A stretch of DNA of 64,000 nt from an uncultured Clostridia bacterium (GCA_934500705.1 CAKSTI010000001.1:157139-221138), one strand, 5' to 3'; shown: positions 11,501 to 21,000, numbered from the stretch's first letter. The notes: a model not told the origin generated them from the sequence alone. Program-made: numbers and translations.

Positions 11501-11690
11501 CTCTGTTGGCGGTATCATTGTTAACAGTAAAAAGAAACTTTGCAGGGGTTTCTTTGACCGCACTTGTCAATTTAGCGGAGCCGGAGGAAAAAGCAGTCGT
11601 GTATGTCACATCTGCCGTATCCGCCATCGCCTGCGGCACAAATGTCAAAAGCATTGCGGCGCAAAGAAATAAACCTATAAATCTTTTCAT
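8547..11690 (-). CDS. Secreted multidomain carbohydrate esterase: C-terminal SGNH/GDSL hydrolase preceded by a beta-sandwich (CE2-like architecture), plus two copies of the shared WETE module
   Basis: Start reassigned to ATG 11690 (MKRFIGLFLCAAMLLTFVPQAMA) with AAGGAGA RBS; the track start at 11720 lacks an RBS. GDSL block VMFIGDSITSA, GTNDIY block, catalytic His in HPSASGHDQI. Module copies ...WETEYGYTDSMANDTVTEAKLALP...KIGYNEGGNGIKLRTP and ...YQDRIGYYCSRDDSTAYTQWLLRTPHP. Confidence 0.7.
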   Translation of the reverse strand: MKRFIGLFLCAAMLLTFVPQAMADTADVTYTTAFSSGSAKLTSAVKETPAKFLFTVNNDTANREYILVDEYNNTETGKKEYFIVKNTGYAAKPVSSTGKYAWEPENTKTAAGFINADENIGNYVPSDMQTYVSQHSYVLEKGGNVTAGTAVSSKYSLLSYNEYIAYQDRIGYYCSRDDSTAYTQWLLRTPHPTRDDYETLVGYNTTTGTNPQFKSVGVSTLFLLRPCFYITEDFFKNIKVKNAGSEVIKAIVAAGNGNGVYTDDEWNSFVSKDISSAISGKIKITSNGKVKSGYTLTAADVTASDNIVESAAKVEYLVSGDGETWASLDEGKTYTITNACAGKYICAVAEMADGTLYVSNSVQVGANLTHPIGWGKAPDGIKAYADAGDRFYFDEDGYNSYAYTLLESENGKTLLFSDRLDTEPIYNSSDVKQIYDVTDPNSIAYVINQAEFLTANILPEKYHNYIENNMWETEYGYTDSMANDTVTEAKLALPSMTELCKYANKIGYNEGGNGIKLRTPYTNYNASGNFEILLVSKAGTPSAAIVNSTSTFYHNRVEFYINNNAFKTLKIDAKKSGVKALRAINLPGILTESEAKALGYTDNELVRLGYGDGVDATLSNLHTDGAKIYAELNTVSNSTANAFAVVAIYDGDTLKSAAPATIALANGETNEILSAAVPSGIKDTDKVRIYLWNDTNTMVPLAPVLADVAYGDIATATAISGEVPYSDGMFSYKGRWEDKGTYMLSNWTRPYVDFAVKASALTVNFGSDTTQKTFKVFINGREVYRGSGYTGTSVDLSSVLASGVNKVRILNEAETTQLTFSGITVDASAKKLDAPANDINVMFIGDSITSATKGYSYLLPTELGYDFTTISRSGIAFLNGNYSGTVKEGALGMGTKFKQMQSLDKGEDAYDFSKSENYDMIFVNIGTNDIYKATVDGVEYDKREEFKREYKNFIEFIAEKYPNAKIYVIKPLRKQSLVAGDNASQNNAYYRSQTFDEIGKEAGTYGDKVEFIDTTGWDINFSSTENIHPSASGHDQIKNKLIDIISK

Positions 11691-11709
11691 TAAATACATC
11701 TCCTTAAAA

Positions 11710-13260
11710 TTATTTTGCACTTATTGAAAGTCCTTCCTTGGGGAGTTTATCTTTATTTTTCTTATACCACTCGTTAGCCTCTTTGTCGGCATCTTTGCCG
11801 CCGACACGCTCCCATTCGGCTCTGGACTCTGCAAGTCCCCACTTGCCGTCATACTTATCGGCACCGGTGGTAACCTTTAACATAATCTTGTCACGTTCGG
11901 TTTCGTACTCCGTAATAGCACGCTGAATTGACGAAAGCGGCGGGTCATACGGCAGGTCACGCCTGTATGGGTGTTTCATAATTGCCGTGAGTGAGTCTTT
12001 TCTGAGCGATGCGAGTCTTTGCGAGAAGTCGTCGCTTGACGCCATTTTCATTATCCAGCTTGGCTCAAATTTGTAATCTTGAAGCATAAGGTACTGTTTT
12101 GCATATGTAACCTGCTCCTGGACAGTATCCGAGTCTACAATGGTAACGGGTATCTCTCCGTCAAGTTTGTAGTGAACGCCTTCCTCACCGAATTTAAATC
12201 TTTCCCAACCGCCGCCAATCATCCAGTCAAGCAGCTTCATACAGCCGACGGGGTTTTTGGCATCAGCATTGAGCATTATAAACCTGAACGGAGGGCACTC
12301 CTGGAAGTAACCGCCGTTGCCGTACTGAGTAGAGAAACATTCAAGCGGAACGGGATTGGCGTCCGGGTCGTTTTTAAGAAGTGTGGAAACGTCCGTTTCG
12401 TACCACTGCTTAAACAATATGCCAACCTTGCCGTTGTTCCACATTTCTATCTGGCGTGATGCGTTGTTGTCTACGAAAAATTCCGGGTCAAGAAGTCCCT
12501 CTTTATAACAACGTTTCATCATATCGAGAGCATCTGCATAGCGGTCGCTCGTGGGGCCGAATTCTATGCCCGACCCGTCGTCTTTAACGTAATACTGTGT
12601 GTATGCCTGATAAATCTGCGGCCATATCCAATGTGAATATGCAATAGGCAGAATATCGCTGCCGAGCGTCTTGAACGCTTTTGCAACATTATACAAATCC
12701 TCGGCTGTTTTGGGCATTTCGAGACCAAGTTTGTCGAGCCAGTCCTTTCTAATCCACACACCTGTGTTTGCCTGTTCAGCAACCGAACGTGCCGAGGTGA
12801 AAGCATATGTCTTTCCGTCGGAAAAACGTGTCCAGTTTTCAAGGTTTTTGTGCTTTTTGATGTAATTTTTGTAATCCGTTGAATATTCATCAATGAGGTC
12901 GTCAAGCGGCATAACCAGTCCGTCATTAACCAAACCGGATACATACTTCATACTGAAATTATAGAACATATCCGGAGCCTCGCCTGCCGCAAGCATAGCG
13001 TTGAGCTTTGTATTGTAATCTGATGAGGGGAATATGTACCACTTGATTTTATATCCCGTTTCCTTTTCGATATACTTTGTATATCGGTTGCTTTCCGCTG
13101 TTCCCTCGCTTGCGGGAACATTCGGGTCGATAATTGCAATGGATATTTCTTTGTCGTCCTCAACAAAGGCCGACTTTTTCTTGCCGCAACCTGCAAGACA
13201 CGCCGCAGAGGTTGTCAGTGCAAGAAGCACGGCTATGGATTTTACTGCCAATTTTCTCAT
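11710..13260 (-). CDS. ABC sugar transporter substrate-binding lipoprotein (large LplA/family-1 type)
   Basis: Lipobox LAGC after the signal peptide. ~515 aa solute-binding protein size and composition. Start taken at MRKLAV (AAGGAGA RBS 9 nt upstream). Confidence 0.8.
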   Translation of the reverse strand: MRKLAVKSIAVLLALTTSAACLAGCGKKKSAFVEDDKEISIAIIDPNVPASEGTAESNRYTKYIEKETGYKIKWYIFPSSDYNTKLNAMLAAGEAPDMFYNFSMKYVSGLVNDGLVMPLDDLIDEYSTDYKNYIKKHKNLENWTRFSDGKTYAFTSARSVAEQANTGVWIRKDWLDKLGLEMPKTAEDLYNVAKAFKTLGSDILPIAYSHWIWPQIYQAYTQYYVKDDGSGIEFGPTSDRYADALDMMKRCYKEGLLDPEFFVDNNASRQIEMWNNGKVGILFKQWYETDVSTLLKNDPDANPVPLECFSTQYGNGGYFQECPPFRFIMLNADAKNPVGCMKLLDWMIGGGWERFKFGEEGVHYKLDGEIPVTIVDSDTVQEQVTYAKQYLMLQDYKFEPSWIMKMASSDDFSQRLASLRKDSLTAIMKHPYRRDLPYDPPLSSIQRAITEYETERDKIMLKVTTGADKYDGKWGLAESRAEWERVGGKDADKEANEWYKKNKDKLPKEGLSISAK

Positions 13261-13291
13261 TTTCATTTCTCCTTATATTATTTTTATATAA

Positions 13292-14173
13292 TCAGCCCTT
13301 TACGGCGCCAATCATAACACCTTTAACAAAATACTTCTGTAAGAACGGATATACGCAAAGCATCGGCACTGTGGAAATCACCATTGCCGCCGCCTGAATT
13401 GCATCGTCCGAGAGCCGTTCATTCATATCCTCATTCATTCCCTCGCCGAGCAGAGAACTGTCCACACTTTCTATCATCTGTTTCAGCTTTACTTGCAGAG
13501 GCATAAGGGTTGATTTGCTTATGTATATCATACCGTTAAAATATTCGTTCCACCAGGACACCGCATAGAACAAAGCTATGGTAGCAAGTGATGCAAGCGA
13601 CAGAGGGAGTATTATCTTTATGAATATGGAAATATCCCCTGCTCCGTCAATCTTTGCCGCTTCTTCCAGACTGTCCGGCAGACCCATAAAAAAGGTTCGC
13701 ATTACTATAAGGTTGTAAACCTGAATTAATCCCGGCAGCCACAGCGCAAAATATGTGTTTATGAGGTTCAGCGATTTTACAAGTATAAAGTTGGGAATGG
13801 TTCCGCCGGTAAACATCATAGTAAACACAACCATTCTCAAAAAGAACGTTGAGCCTATAAGCCTTTTTTTGGAGAGCACATATGCCCCCATAGTTGTCAT
13901 AACCATATTAAGAGCTGTCCCTATAAGAGTTATAAACACAGTATTTTTCATAGACCTTAAAAGCTGTCCGCCGCCGATTAGCGACTTATACGCCTTAACA
14001 TTTGCCTCCACAGGGAGGAGAAACACTTCACCCGACTCAATGGCTCTTACACTGCTGAATGATTTGGCAACAATGCTGATAAGCGGAAATACCGTTACAA
14101 ACATACAAACAGCAAGAAACAAATAATTTATTGTGTGAAATATCTTTTCACCGTTTGTCATTCTCTTAAACAT
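13292..14173 (-). CDS. ABC sugar transporter permease (LplC/YtcP-like)
   Basis: Six-TM permease with EAA loop EEAAKIDGAGDISIFIKIILP. Confidence 0.85.
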   Translation of the reverse strand: MFKRMTNGEKIFHTINYLFLAVCMFVTVFPLISIVAKSFSSVRAIESGEVFLLPVEANVKAYKSLIGGGQLLRSMKNTVFITLIGTALNMVMTTMGAYVLSKKRLIGSTFFLRMVVFTMMFTGGTIPNFILVKSLNLINTYFALWLPGLIQVYNLIVMRTFFMGLPDSLEEAAKIDGAGDISIFIKIILPLSLASLATIALFYAVSWWNEYFNGMIYISKSTLMPLQVKLKQMIESVDSSLLGEGMNEDMNERLSDDAIQAAAMVISTVPMLCVYPFLQKYFVKGVMIGAVKG

Positions 14174-14188
14174 ATCTTTATTTCCTTT

Positions 14189-15142
14189 CTACCAAATGCC
14201 TTCCTCGCCGAGCATTGTTGTTATTTTGTTGGTACCCATAACAAGGATAAGTCCTATAATTCCTTTAAAAAGTCCAAGCGCTGTTGTGTAACTGTACTGT
14301 CTGTCCTGCAATCCCACACGGTACTCATATGTACTGATAACGTCGGAAACTTCAAGCACGCCTTTGTTTTGGAGCATATATATCTGTTCAAATCCGACAG
14401 TGAGTATACTTCCCACTCGCATTATCAGCATAACCGCAATCGTACCGGCGATGCACGGGAGAGTTACGTTGAAAATCTGCTGAAACTTGTTTGCGCCATC
14501 TATCCTTGCCGCCTCATAGAGCTGCTGGTCAACGTTTGTAATTGCCGCAAGGTATATAACCGTTCCCCAACCTGCGCTTTGCCATATTCCGGAAAGAACA
14601 TATACGGCAATCCAGTGTTTGTTTGTTCCCATAAACGAAATATTCTTATAATTGGGAATTATGGTCGCAAGTATGTTGTTAACCGGGCCGTCAAGCGCAA
14701 AAATCTGAATTATCATTCCTCCGAGAATAACCCAAGAAATAAAGTGAGGTACATATAGAACTGTCTGCACGGTTCTTTTGTACGTCTTGTGCAGGACTTC
14801 GTTTATTAAAACGCTTAATATTATGGGTGCCGGAAAGCCGAACACAAGGTTTAACAGATTCAGCATCAGCGTATTTCTTAAAATAGTATAAAAGTTCGGC
14901 GACGAAAACAATCTCTTGAAATGATAAAGCCCTACCCACTCGCTGCCGATTATTCCCTTACCTATCTTATAGTCTTTAAATGCTATCACCGTTCCGAGCA
15001 TAGGCACGTACTTGAATATTATAAAATAAACAAGCACCGGCAAAAACATTGCATAAAGCCATCTGTCTCTGTAAATATTTCTTCCGAGTTTTTTGTAATC
15101 GTGAGTCTGAAATTTCTTTTTTGCGTTCACACTCAAATTCAT
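14189..15142 (-). CDS. ABC sugar transporter permease (LplB-like)
   Basis: EAA loop EAARIDGANKFQQIFNVTLP. True start MNLSVNAKKKF with AAGGGGGAG RBS at 15142; the 41 codons the track adds upstream have no RBS. Confidence 0.85.
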   Translation of the reverse strand: MNLSVNAKKKFQTHDYKKLGRNIYRDRWLYAMFLPVLVYFIIFKYVPMLGTVIAFKDYKIGKGIIGSEWVGLYHFKRLFSSPNFYTILRNTLMLNLLNLVFGFPAPIILSVLINEVLHKTYKRTVQTVLYVPHFISWVILGGMIIQIFALDGPVNNILATIIPNYKNISFMGTNKHWIAVYVLSGIWQSAGWGTVIYLAAITNVDQQLYEAARIDGANKFQQIFNVTLPCIAGTIAVMLIMRVGSILTVGFEQIYMLQNKGVLEVSDVISTYEYRVGLQDRQYSYTTALGLFKGIIGLILVMGTNKITTMLGEEGIW

Positions 15143-15391
15143 CTCCCCCTTCGCTGTTGTTTGTGCAAATTTATGATAATACAACAGACATACATTTGTA
15201 AAGTTGTAATTTTTGATAGTTTTGACTTCTTTTGATATAAATTGCACAAAACGGCGTGCAATCACCCTTTTAAGCTATACAATTATTTTAATGAAAAGCA
15301 TAAAAAGTATAAAATATCAAAATATGGCAGTTTACATTTATGGATAATGTATGATAAAATGTAAATATAATTTTAACGGGGACGTGATGTT

Positions 15392-17695
15392 TTGAGACTT
15401 AAATCTTCAAATGTAGATGGTACTTTTAAAAAGATTATTAAGATTAATTCCGTGCTGTTTTTCATTATAATTTTGTTTTCCGTTCTGTTTACATCGAGCA
15501 GGATATACAAGAATATGGCAACCGAAATTATAAAGGCAAACAATACTATTCTTGAACAGACAAAGCAAAACATCGACCTCCAACTTATGACGGTGGAACA
15601 GTACATAGATGACTATTCACGGAGTCAGTACGCCTTGGATTACATATCAACGCAGTCGCCTGATAATATGCTCATTATCGAAAATAAGTCGAGAATTGCA
15701 AAAATTGTGTCTACAAACAGTAAAATAAACAATATCTTCCTATATACATTTGCAAACGAACGTGTAATTTCGTCAACGGGAATTGTAAACTCATCAACAT
15801 TGTTTGATGATGATTTCAAACAGCAGCTAAAAGAACTTGAATATAAAAAATGGCTTGGAATACAGCTTAACAGCCGTTCCGGAAACTATCAGAATGCCAC
15901 TCTGCGTTATGCACGTATGCTCCCCGGTTCAAAAGCCGTTATAATACTTGACATTAACGAAACATTGCTATTTGACGCAATAAGCAAATACAGGGAAACC
16001 GAAAACGGCATATTTTTTATATCCGACAACACCGGAACAGTGCTCTCCCATACCGACAAAACATTACTTGCAAAGAGCGAACTTAAAAAAGTTTATATGA
16101 AAAACATCTTGGGAGAAAAAAGACCAACCGGCTCATTTGAGGGAAAGTATGAAAATTTAAAGAGCATAGTAAGCTACAACCGCTCAAACTACAACGGGTG
16201 GTATTACATAAACGTAATACCGTCTAAAAATATAATGAAACCGCTCGCACGGACAATACTTTCCATTGTAATAATATCGTCGCTTCTGTATGTACTCTCA
16301 ATACTGATAGCATACATACTTATTAAAATGTCCACTATGCCGATAGACAGCTTTGTTCACGCCGTTGCGAATACCGTCCGTGAAAATTCCGGCGGAAAAT
16401 CCACCGACGAGAGCTTTGGTGATTTTGACCAACTGGAAACACTGTTTGAAAATATGATTTATCAGCAAAAGGAAACTGAGATTAAACTTCAAAGCAGCTA
16501 TGAGGCGATAAAATGGCGCATAGTTATGGATTTGGTTTTGGGATTTACCGATGATTACGAAAAGTCTTTTATGTCGCTGGAACTCACCCACACGTCGCTT
16601 TTTCCCGAAAATTTTGTTGTGATGATATTTGAAATATGCAACAAGAACGAATACAAAAACGACGGCAAAACAAAAGAAATGAGCATAATCTGCAACGCCG
16701 TAAAAGCGGAGGCGGAAAGGCTTATGAACTGTGACACAAAGGGCTGTATTGTCAATAACGTCGGCGGTACAATGATTTCACTTCTCAGTTTTGACAGCGC
16801 CGATGAGAACAAAAACACAATTATTGCACTTTCGATTGCCGAAAACATTCTGTCCTTTGCCAAAAAACATTTTAACTGTAACGCCTGGATTGGCATAGGA
16901 AATATCTACAAGGATAAAAAAGACATAAAGCGTTCGTATGCCGACGCTGTTTATGCAATGAAGTATAAACTCATTAACGGCAGCGGCGGAATTTTGTTCA
17001 TAGACGACTTTGACGCAGAAAACAATATTTCATTCTCTGCTGTGTTCAAGAAAATGGAAACCGTTGTTTCCTCGCTCCAAGAACTCTCCGACGATGCAAT
17101 ATGCGACAGTGTTACAAAGATTATTAACGACATATCCAGCAACATCGTTACGACAGACACGTTCAAACAACTTGCACTGCACTTTATAATGCTTGTAACA
17201 TCGCATTACACAATACTCAGTAAAGCCGAAAATAATAACCAATCATTTATAAACACTCACGACCTCATAGAAAAGTGCGAAACAGTCAAACAGATAAACA
17301 CACTTGTCTGTCAAATCCTCACCGAAATGAAATACAGCATAACCGAGGCAAATAAGGAGTCGCAAAAGTATTCTGCCGTAATCGCAAAGGTAATTTCCTA
17401 CATAGACGCAAATTATGCCGACAGCAGTATATCGCTTGCACAAATAGCAAACAAATTCAATATGAGCGCTCCGCATCTCAGCAGAATTTTTAAAGAAGTA
17501 ACTTCCAAAAGATTTATCGACTACCTCATATTCAAGCGAATGGAAAAGGCAAAAGAGCTTCTCTCCACAACAAATATGAAGGTAGCCGCCGTTGCCGAAG
17601 CAGTCGGTTACGACACACAGGCAAGCTTTATGCGCATATTCAAAAAATATACCGGTGCAACCCCCACAAGCTGGAAAAATAATAACGGAAAATAA
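15392..17695 (+). CDS. Membrane-bound one-component AraC-family regulator: TM, extracytoplasmic sensor domain, TM, cytoplasmic domain, AraC HTH
   Basis: TTG start with GGGGA RBS. TM helices VLFFIIILFSVLF and ILSIVIISSLLYVLSILIAYILI flank a ~270 aa domain. C-terminal AraC HTH (...LAQIANKFNMSAPHLSRIFKEVT...AVGYDTQASFMRIFKKYTGATP). Transcribed divergently from the ABC/esterase operon. AT-rich coding. Confidence 0.8.
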   Translation: MRLKSSNVDGTFKKIIKINSVLFFIIILFSVLFTSSRIYKNMATEIIKANNTILEQTKQNIDLQLMTVEQYIDDYSRSQYALDYISTQSPDNMLIIENKSRIAKIVSTNSKINNIFLYTFANERVISSTGIVNSSTLFDDDFKQQLKELEYKKWLGIQLNSRSGNYQNATLRYARMLPGSKAVIILDINETLLFDAISKYRETENGIFFISDNTGTVLSHTDKTLLAKSELKKVYMKNILGEKRPTGSFEGKYENLKSIVSYNRSNYNGWYYINVIPSKNIMKPLARTILSIVIISSLLYVLSILIAYILIKMSTMPIDSFVHAVANTVRENSGGKSTDESFGDFDQLETLFENMIYQQKETEIKLQSSYEAIKWRIVMDLVLGFTDDYEKSFMSLELTHTSLFPENFVVMIFEICNKNEYKNDGKTKEMSIICNAVKAEAERLMNCDTKGCIVNNVGGTMISLLSFDSADENKNTIIALSIAENILSFAKKHFNCNAWIGIGNIYKDKKDIKRSYADAVYAMKYKLINGSGGILFIDDFDAENNISFSAVFKKMETVVSSLQELSDDAICDSVTKIINDISSNIVTTDTFKQLALHFIMLVTSHYTILSKAENNNQSFINTHDLIEKCETVKQINTLVCQILTEMKYSITEANKESQKYSAVIAKVISYIDANYADSSISLAQIANKFNMSAPHLSRIFKEVTSKRFIDYLIFKRMEKAKELLSTTNMKVAAVAEAVGYDTQASFMRIFKKYTGATPTSWKNNNGK

Positions 17696-17700
17696 CAGAA

Positions 17701-17743
17701 ATATATACAACAAAATCGGCAAGCACATTTTGTGCTTGCCGAT
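17701..17743. terminator. Bidirectional intrinsic terminator shared by the AraC gene (+) and tRNA-Ser (-)
   Basis: 13 bp stem AATCGGCAAGCAC/GTGCTTGCCGATT with ATTTT loop. On the minus strand it is followed by TTTTGTTGTATATATTT; on the plus strand by TTTC. Confidence 0.55.
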
Positions 17744-17744
17744 T

Positions 17745-17836
17745 TCTGGCGGAGATGGTGGGATTTGAACCCACGTGCCGCTCATCACGGCAACACGATT
17801 TCCAATCGTGCTCGTTATGACCACTTCGATACATCT
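17745..17836 (-). tRNA. tRNA-Ser: tRNA-Ser (anticodon GGA), class II with long variable arm and encoded CCA
   Basis: Minus-strand read GGAGATGTATCGAAGTGGTCATAACGAGCACGATTGGAAATCGTGTTGCCGTGATGAGCGGCACGTGGGTTCAAATCCCACCATCTCCGCCA. 7 bp acceptor stem GGAGATG/CATCTCC. Anticodon loop TTGGAAA. T-arm GTGGG-TTCAAAT-CCCAC. Long extra arm. Confidence 0.9.
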
Positions 17837-17865
17837 CCGTAACGGTTCTAACGAACCGACTCGAA

Positions 17866-17894
17866 TATTATATCAATTTTTTGCGATTAAGTCA
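17866..17894 (-). promoter_or_regulatory. Sigma-A promoter for tRNA-Ser (TTGACT - 17 bp - TATAAT)
   Basis: Minus strand reads TTGACTtaatcgcaaaaaattgaTATAATattcgagtc, about 30 nt upstream of the mature tRNA 5' end. Confidence 0.6.
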
Positions 17895-17970
17895 AGCCTT
17901 TTTTTAACTTTTACCCATATTTTTGGAATAAATTTTAAAGTTTATGTAAGAATTCCTGCCGTGTGAACCG

Positions 17971-18011
17971 CCTCTCAAAAATCGGAACTTAAAAAACCGA
18001 CTTTTGAGAGG
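17971..18011 (-). terminator. 15 bp stem hairpin downstream of the GLUG/SLH gene (probable terminator, weak U-tract)
   Basis: CCTCTCAAAAATCGG...CCGACTTTTGAGAGG with one mismatch, ~60 nt after the stop at 18075. Confidence 0.35.
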
Positions 18012-18074
18012 GCAGCACAGGCAGAGGAACGCAAGCGCACTGCCTGACACAGCAGGGAATTTTAATTATTCAAT

Positions 18075-21000
18075 TCATTTCTTTAACGATTGCGCAAATC
18101 TTGTCATAACCGCCGCAATTTCGGCTCTTGTAGCCGTATCGGACGGGTTAACCGTTTTGTCGGTCTTGCCCGACAAAATCTTACTTCCGACTGCAAACCG
18201 GATTGCCGGAACCGCATACTCGGAAATATCGGCATAATCGTCATAGGACAATATATTTGTATTGTCACCGGCAGATACGTCATAGCCTTTGTACTTGGCA
18301 TATCTCATAATCATTGCCGCCAACTGTTCACGCAGCAGAGGCTCATCTGTGCCAAACTCCGTGTCGGACAGGCCGAAAACTATGCCGTTTGCCACCGCCC
18401 AGTTTACGGCAGATGTGTACCACTCGCCGTCAGATACATCCGTAAATACGGCATTTTTTGTCACGCTCGGCTGATTTTCGAGCCTGTATAGTATGGTTAC
18501 AAACATTGAACGTGTGAGTATCTCCTCAGGAGAAAACTCCGTATCGGACGTACCCTGCATCAGCTTATTTGCATAGGCATACTTTACGTATTCATAATAC
18601 CATTCGGCATTGGATACATCGGCAAACGGCATAACTACAACCGTTTCTTCAACCTTTGGCGTTTCATCCTTCGTAGAAACTGTGTCGTCCTTTTTGGACG
18701 AACCGCCGCCGCTGCCGCTCCATTTCTTTGAGCCTTCGTCTTTGGTATAGTCAACAGTATAATACAGTTTAACATCATCGCCGTTTTTCAGCTTGTAATC
18801 CGCCATACCGACAGTCGGCGAATTGCCGTTTACGGTATAGAGCCAACCGCTGTTGTCGCCCTTGTCAAGTTGGGCAAGGGTTGTTTTTCCGTTGGTAACG
18901 GACTTAATGTAGCCGTCGTCAAGACCGTCTGCGGAAAGCTCCGTGCCCTCAAAGGCGAGCTTTATAAATTCCGCAACGGTTATGCCGTCCTTAATCTCAA
19001 TCTCTTTGCTGAGCCAGTTCTCATTTATTGCGGTAACGGTAAGTTTTGCGGTGTTCTTGGTTTCCGACGGATTTCCACTGTCACCGCCTGTTTCATTACT
19101 GCCGCCATCGTCTTTTTTGCCTTCGCCGCTCGCCTCGTAGGAGTCGAATGTCCTTATAACGTCGTCGTTTTCGGCACCTTTTGTCTTTTGAGTGTAAACA
19201 TTAAACACCGTGCAGGTTTTGAGCTTTTCAAGGATTATAAGAGCACGGAAACCTTGCTCCGTTGCAAGAGCACGGGCCTTCTCCCCTGCCGCACCGGACG
19301 CATATGCCGTAGTAAATCCGTTACCGCTGTCGTTTGCATAGAGCATAAGTGCGTCGGCAAGACTGCCGCCGGCCTTGACAAAGCGCTCGTCCGACGACGG
19401 GTTTATGCCCATTGCCGCAAGACCGGTAATCACCATTGCATCGGAGTTGACGTTGCCGTATGAGCCGTTTTCGCCCTGAACACTGCTAAGACCCTCGATT
19501 GCCGTATCGACAAAGTTCTTAACACTGCTGTCACTTTCATAAAAACGTGCAAGAGCCGCAAGCGCCGTGCCGGTTGTATCTACATCATCATAGCTTTCTC
19601 CGCCCCACGTATAATAGCACAAGCCGTTTTCGCCCTGTGCGTCAAGCAGAAGGGAAATCATATCGTTTCTTTGCTTGTCCGTAAGTTCCAGTCTGCCTGC
19701 CTCCTCAGCGAGCAAAATCCACGGTGCAGTGTAGTGACTGCTGCCAAAATCCATCTGTGCGAGTTTTTCGGCATTGCTGTACTGTGTTTCACTTCCGTAG
19801 GGAGTGAGTCTTGCAGAGTCTTTGCCCAGAGAGGCAAAGATAATCTCCGCCTTTGCCCTGTCTGTTGCAAGCGGTACGTTGCCGGCAAGATTATTGACGG
19901 CAAGGTTGAGGTAATTCTCCTTATCTGTGGTGTTCTCGCCAAATCCGAGATACTCGTAAACCGCCATATCAAACACAACCCACTCGCCCGATTTACCGTT
20001 GTAGCTTGCGGCGATGGAGTCCATCAATTTGTGCTTGGCGTCCTCACTCGGCTGAATGTTAAAGGTGACAGGTTTTCTTACAGTAATTCCGTTGTTATCG
20101 GTAAATTCCAGTGTTGCGGTTTCCTGCACGCTCTTTCCGCTCTCGTTGAGTTTGGTAAGCTTTGCGCCGAAGCCGTCACACTCGATGTAGCCTTTTGTTA
20201 TGTCCTTTTCGCCCTGTGTGCAGGACACTGTTATGTTTTCGTCGGCAGTTTCGCCGTCTTTTATGATGGTGATTGACTCCCCTGCCACTAAGGAAGAGGA
20301 CACGGCAATTACGCTCGGATATTTTTGCGTTTCGAGCAGAACGGTGATGTCAAGTTCCGATGTGCCGGTATATTCATTGTCGCCGCTGTCGATGACCCTG
20401 TCTTTGGCAATTCCGCTGCCGTTGGCAGGAACATAAAGTCTGTATACCTTTCCGCTTGTGCCGACAAGCGTTGCATCTGACTTGCAGGTAGAAATCAGTG
20501 GACGGCAGTCTCCGGTGGTTGAGCCGGGCTGACCCATAAGACCGCCGACGCACACACCGGGGGCGTATATTACGGCGTTGTTTTCGCAGTTTTCAAGCTG
20601 AACGCAGTTTTTGGTTGTGCCAACGATACCGCCTACACACACATCTTTATCCTCGCCGGTCATCATTATAAATCCGTTGTTTATGCAATTTGTGAGCGCA
20701 AGGCGGACGCTCGGCGTCTGATATTCAACGCCTTTGTCATATCCGCCGACAAAGCCGCCCGTTCCGGCGTTGCCCCTTGCAAGAGAGGATAAACCCATAT
20801 TAACAACGCAGTTTTCGAGCGTTACATTACCCCTTGCCCTTGCGGCAAGACCGCCTACATACGCATACGGTTCGGAGCAATAAACCTCACCGTTTAGTGT
20901 AAGGTTCTTAACTTCGGCATTTTCCAGACAGCCAAAAAAGCCAAAATAGCTCAGACCGGGATTGTCCACGGTTACGGTTATGCTGTGGCCGTTGCCGTCA

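Noticed and set aside
14189-15265. Longer track starts for several genes (15265, 11720, 13266, 22796, 23941, 34604, 42084, 33080)
   Set aside because: The internal ATG/TTG with a canonical GGAGG-type RBS at 6-10 nt is preferred. The upstream extensions lack RBSs and, for secreted proteins, place the signal peptide internally.
17243-17834. Track ORFs 17243..17824 (-) and 17640..17834 (-), and 17775..17966 (+)
   Set aside because: They overlap the tRNA-Ser gene, its promoter, and the 3' end of the well-supported AraC gene. GTWVQIPPSPP is simply the tRNA read as protein. No RBS.
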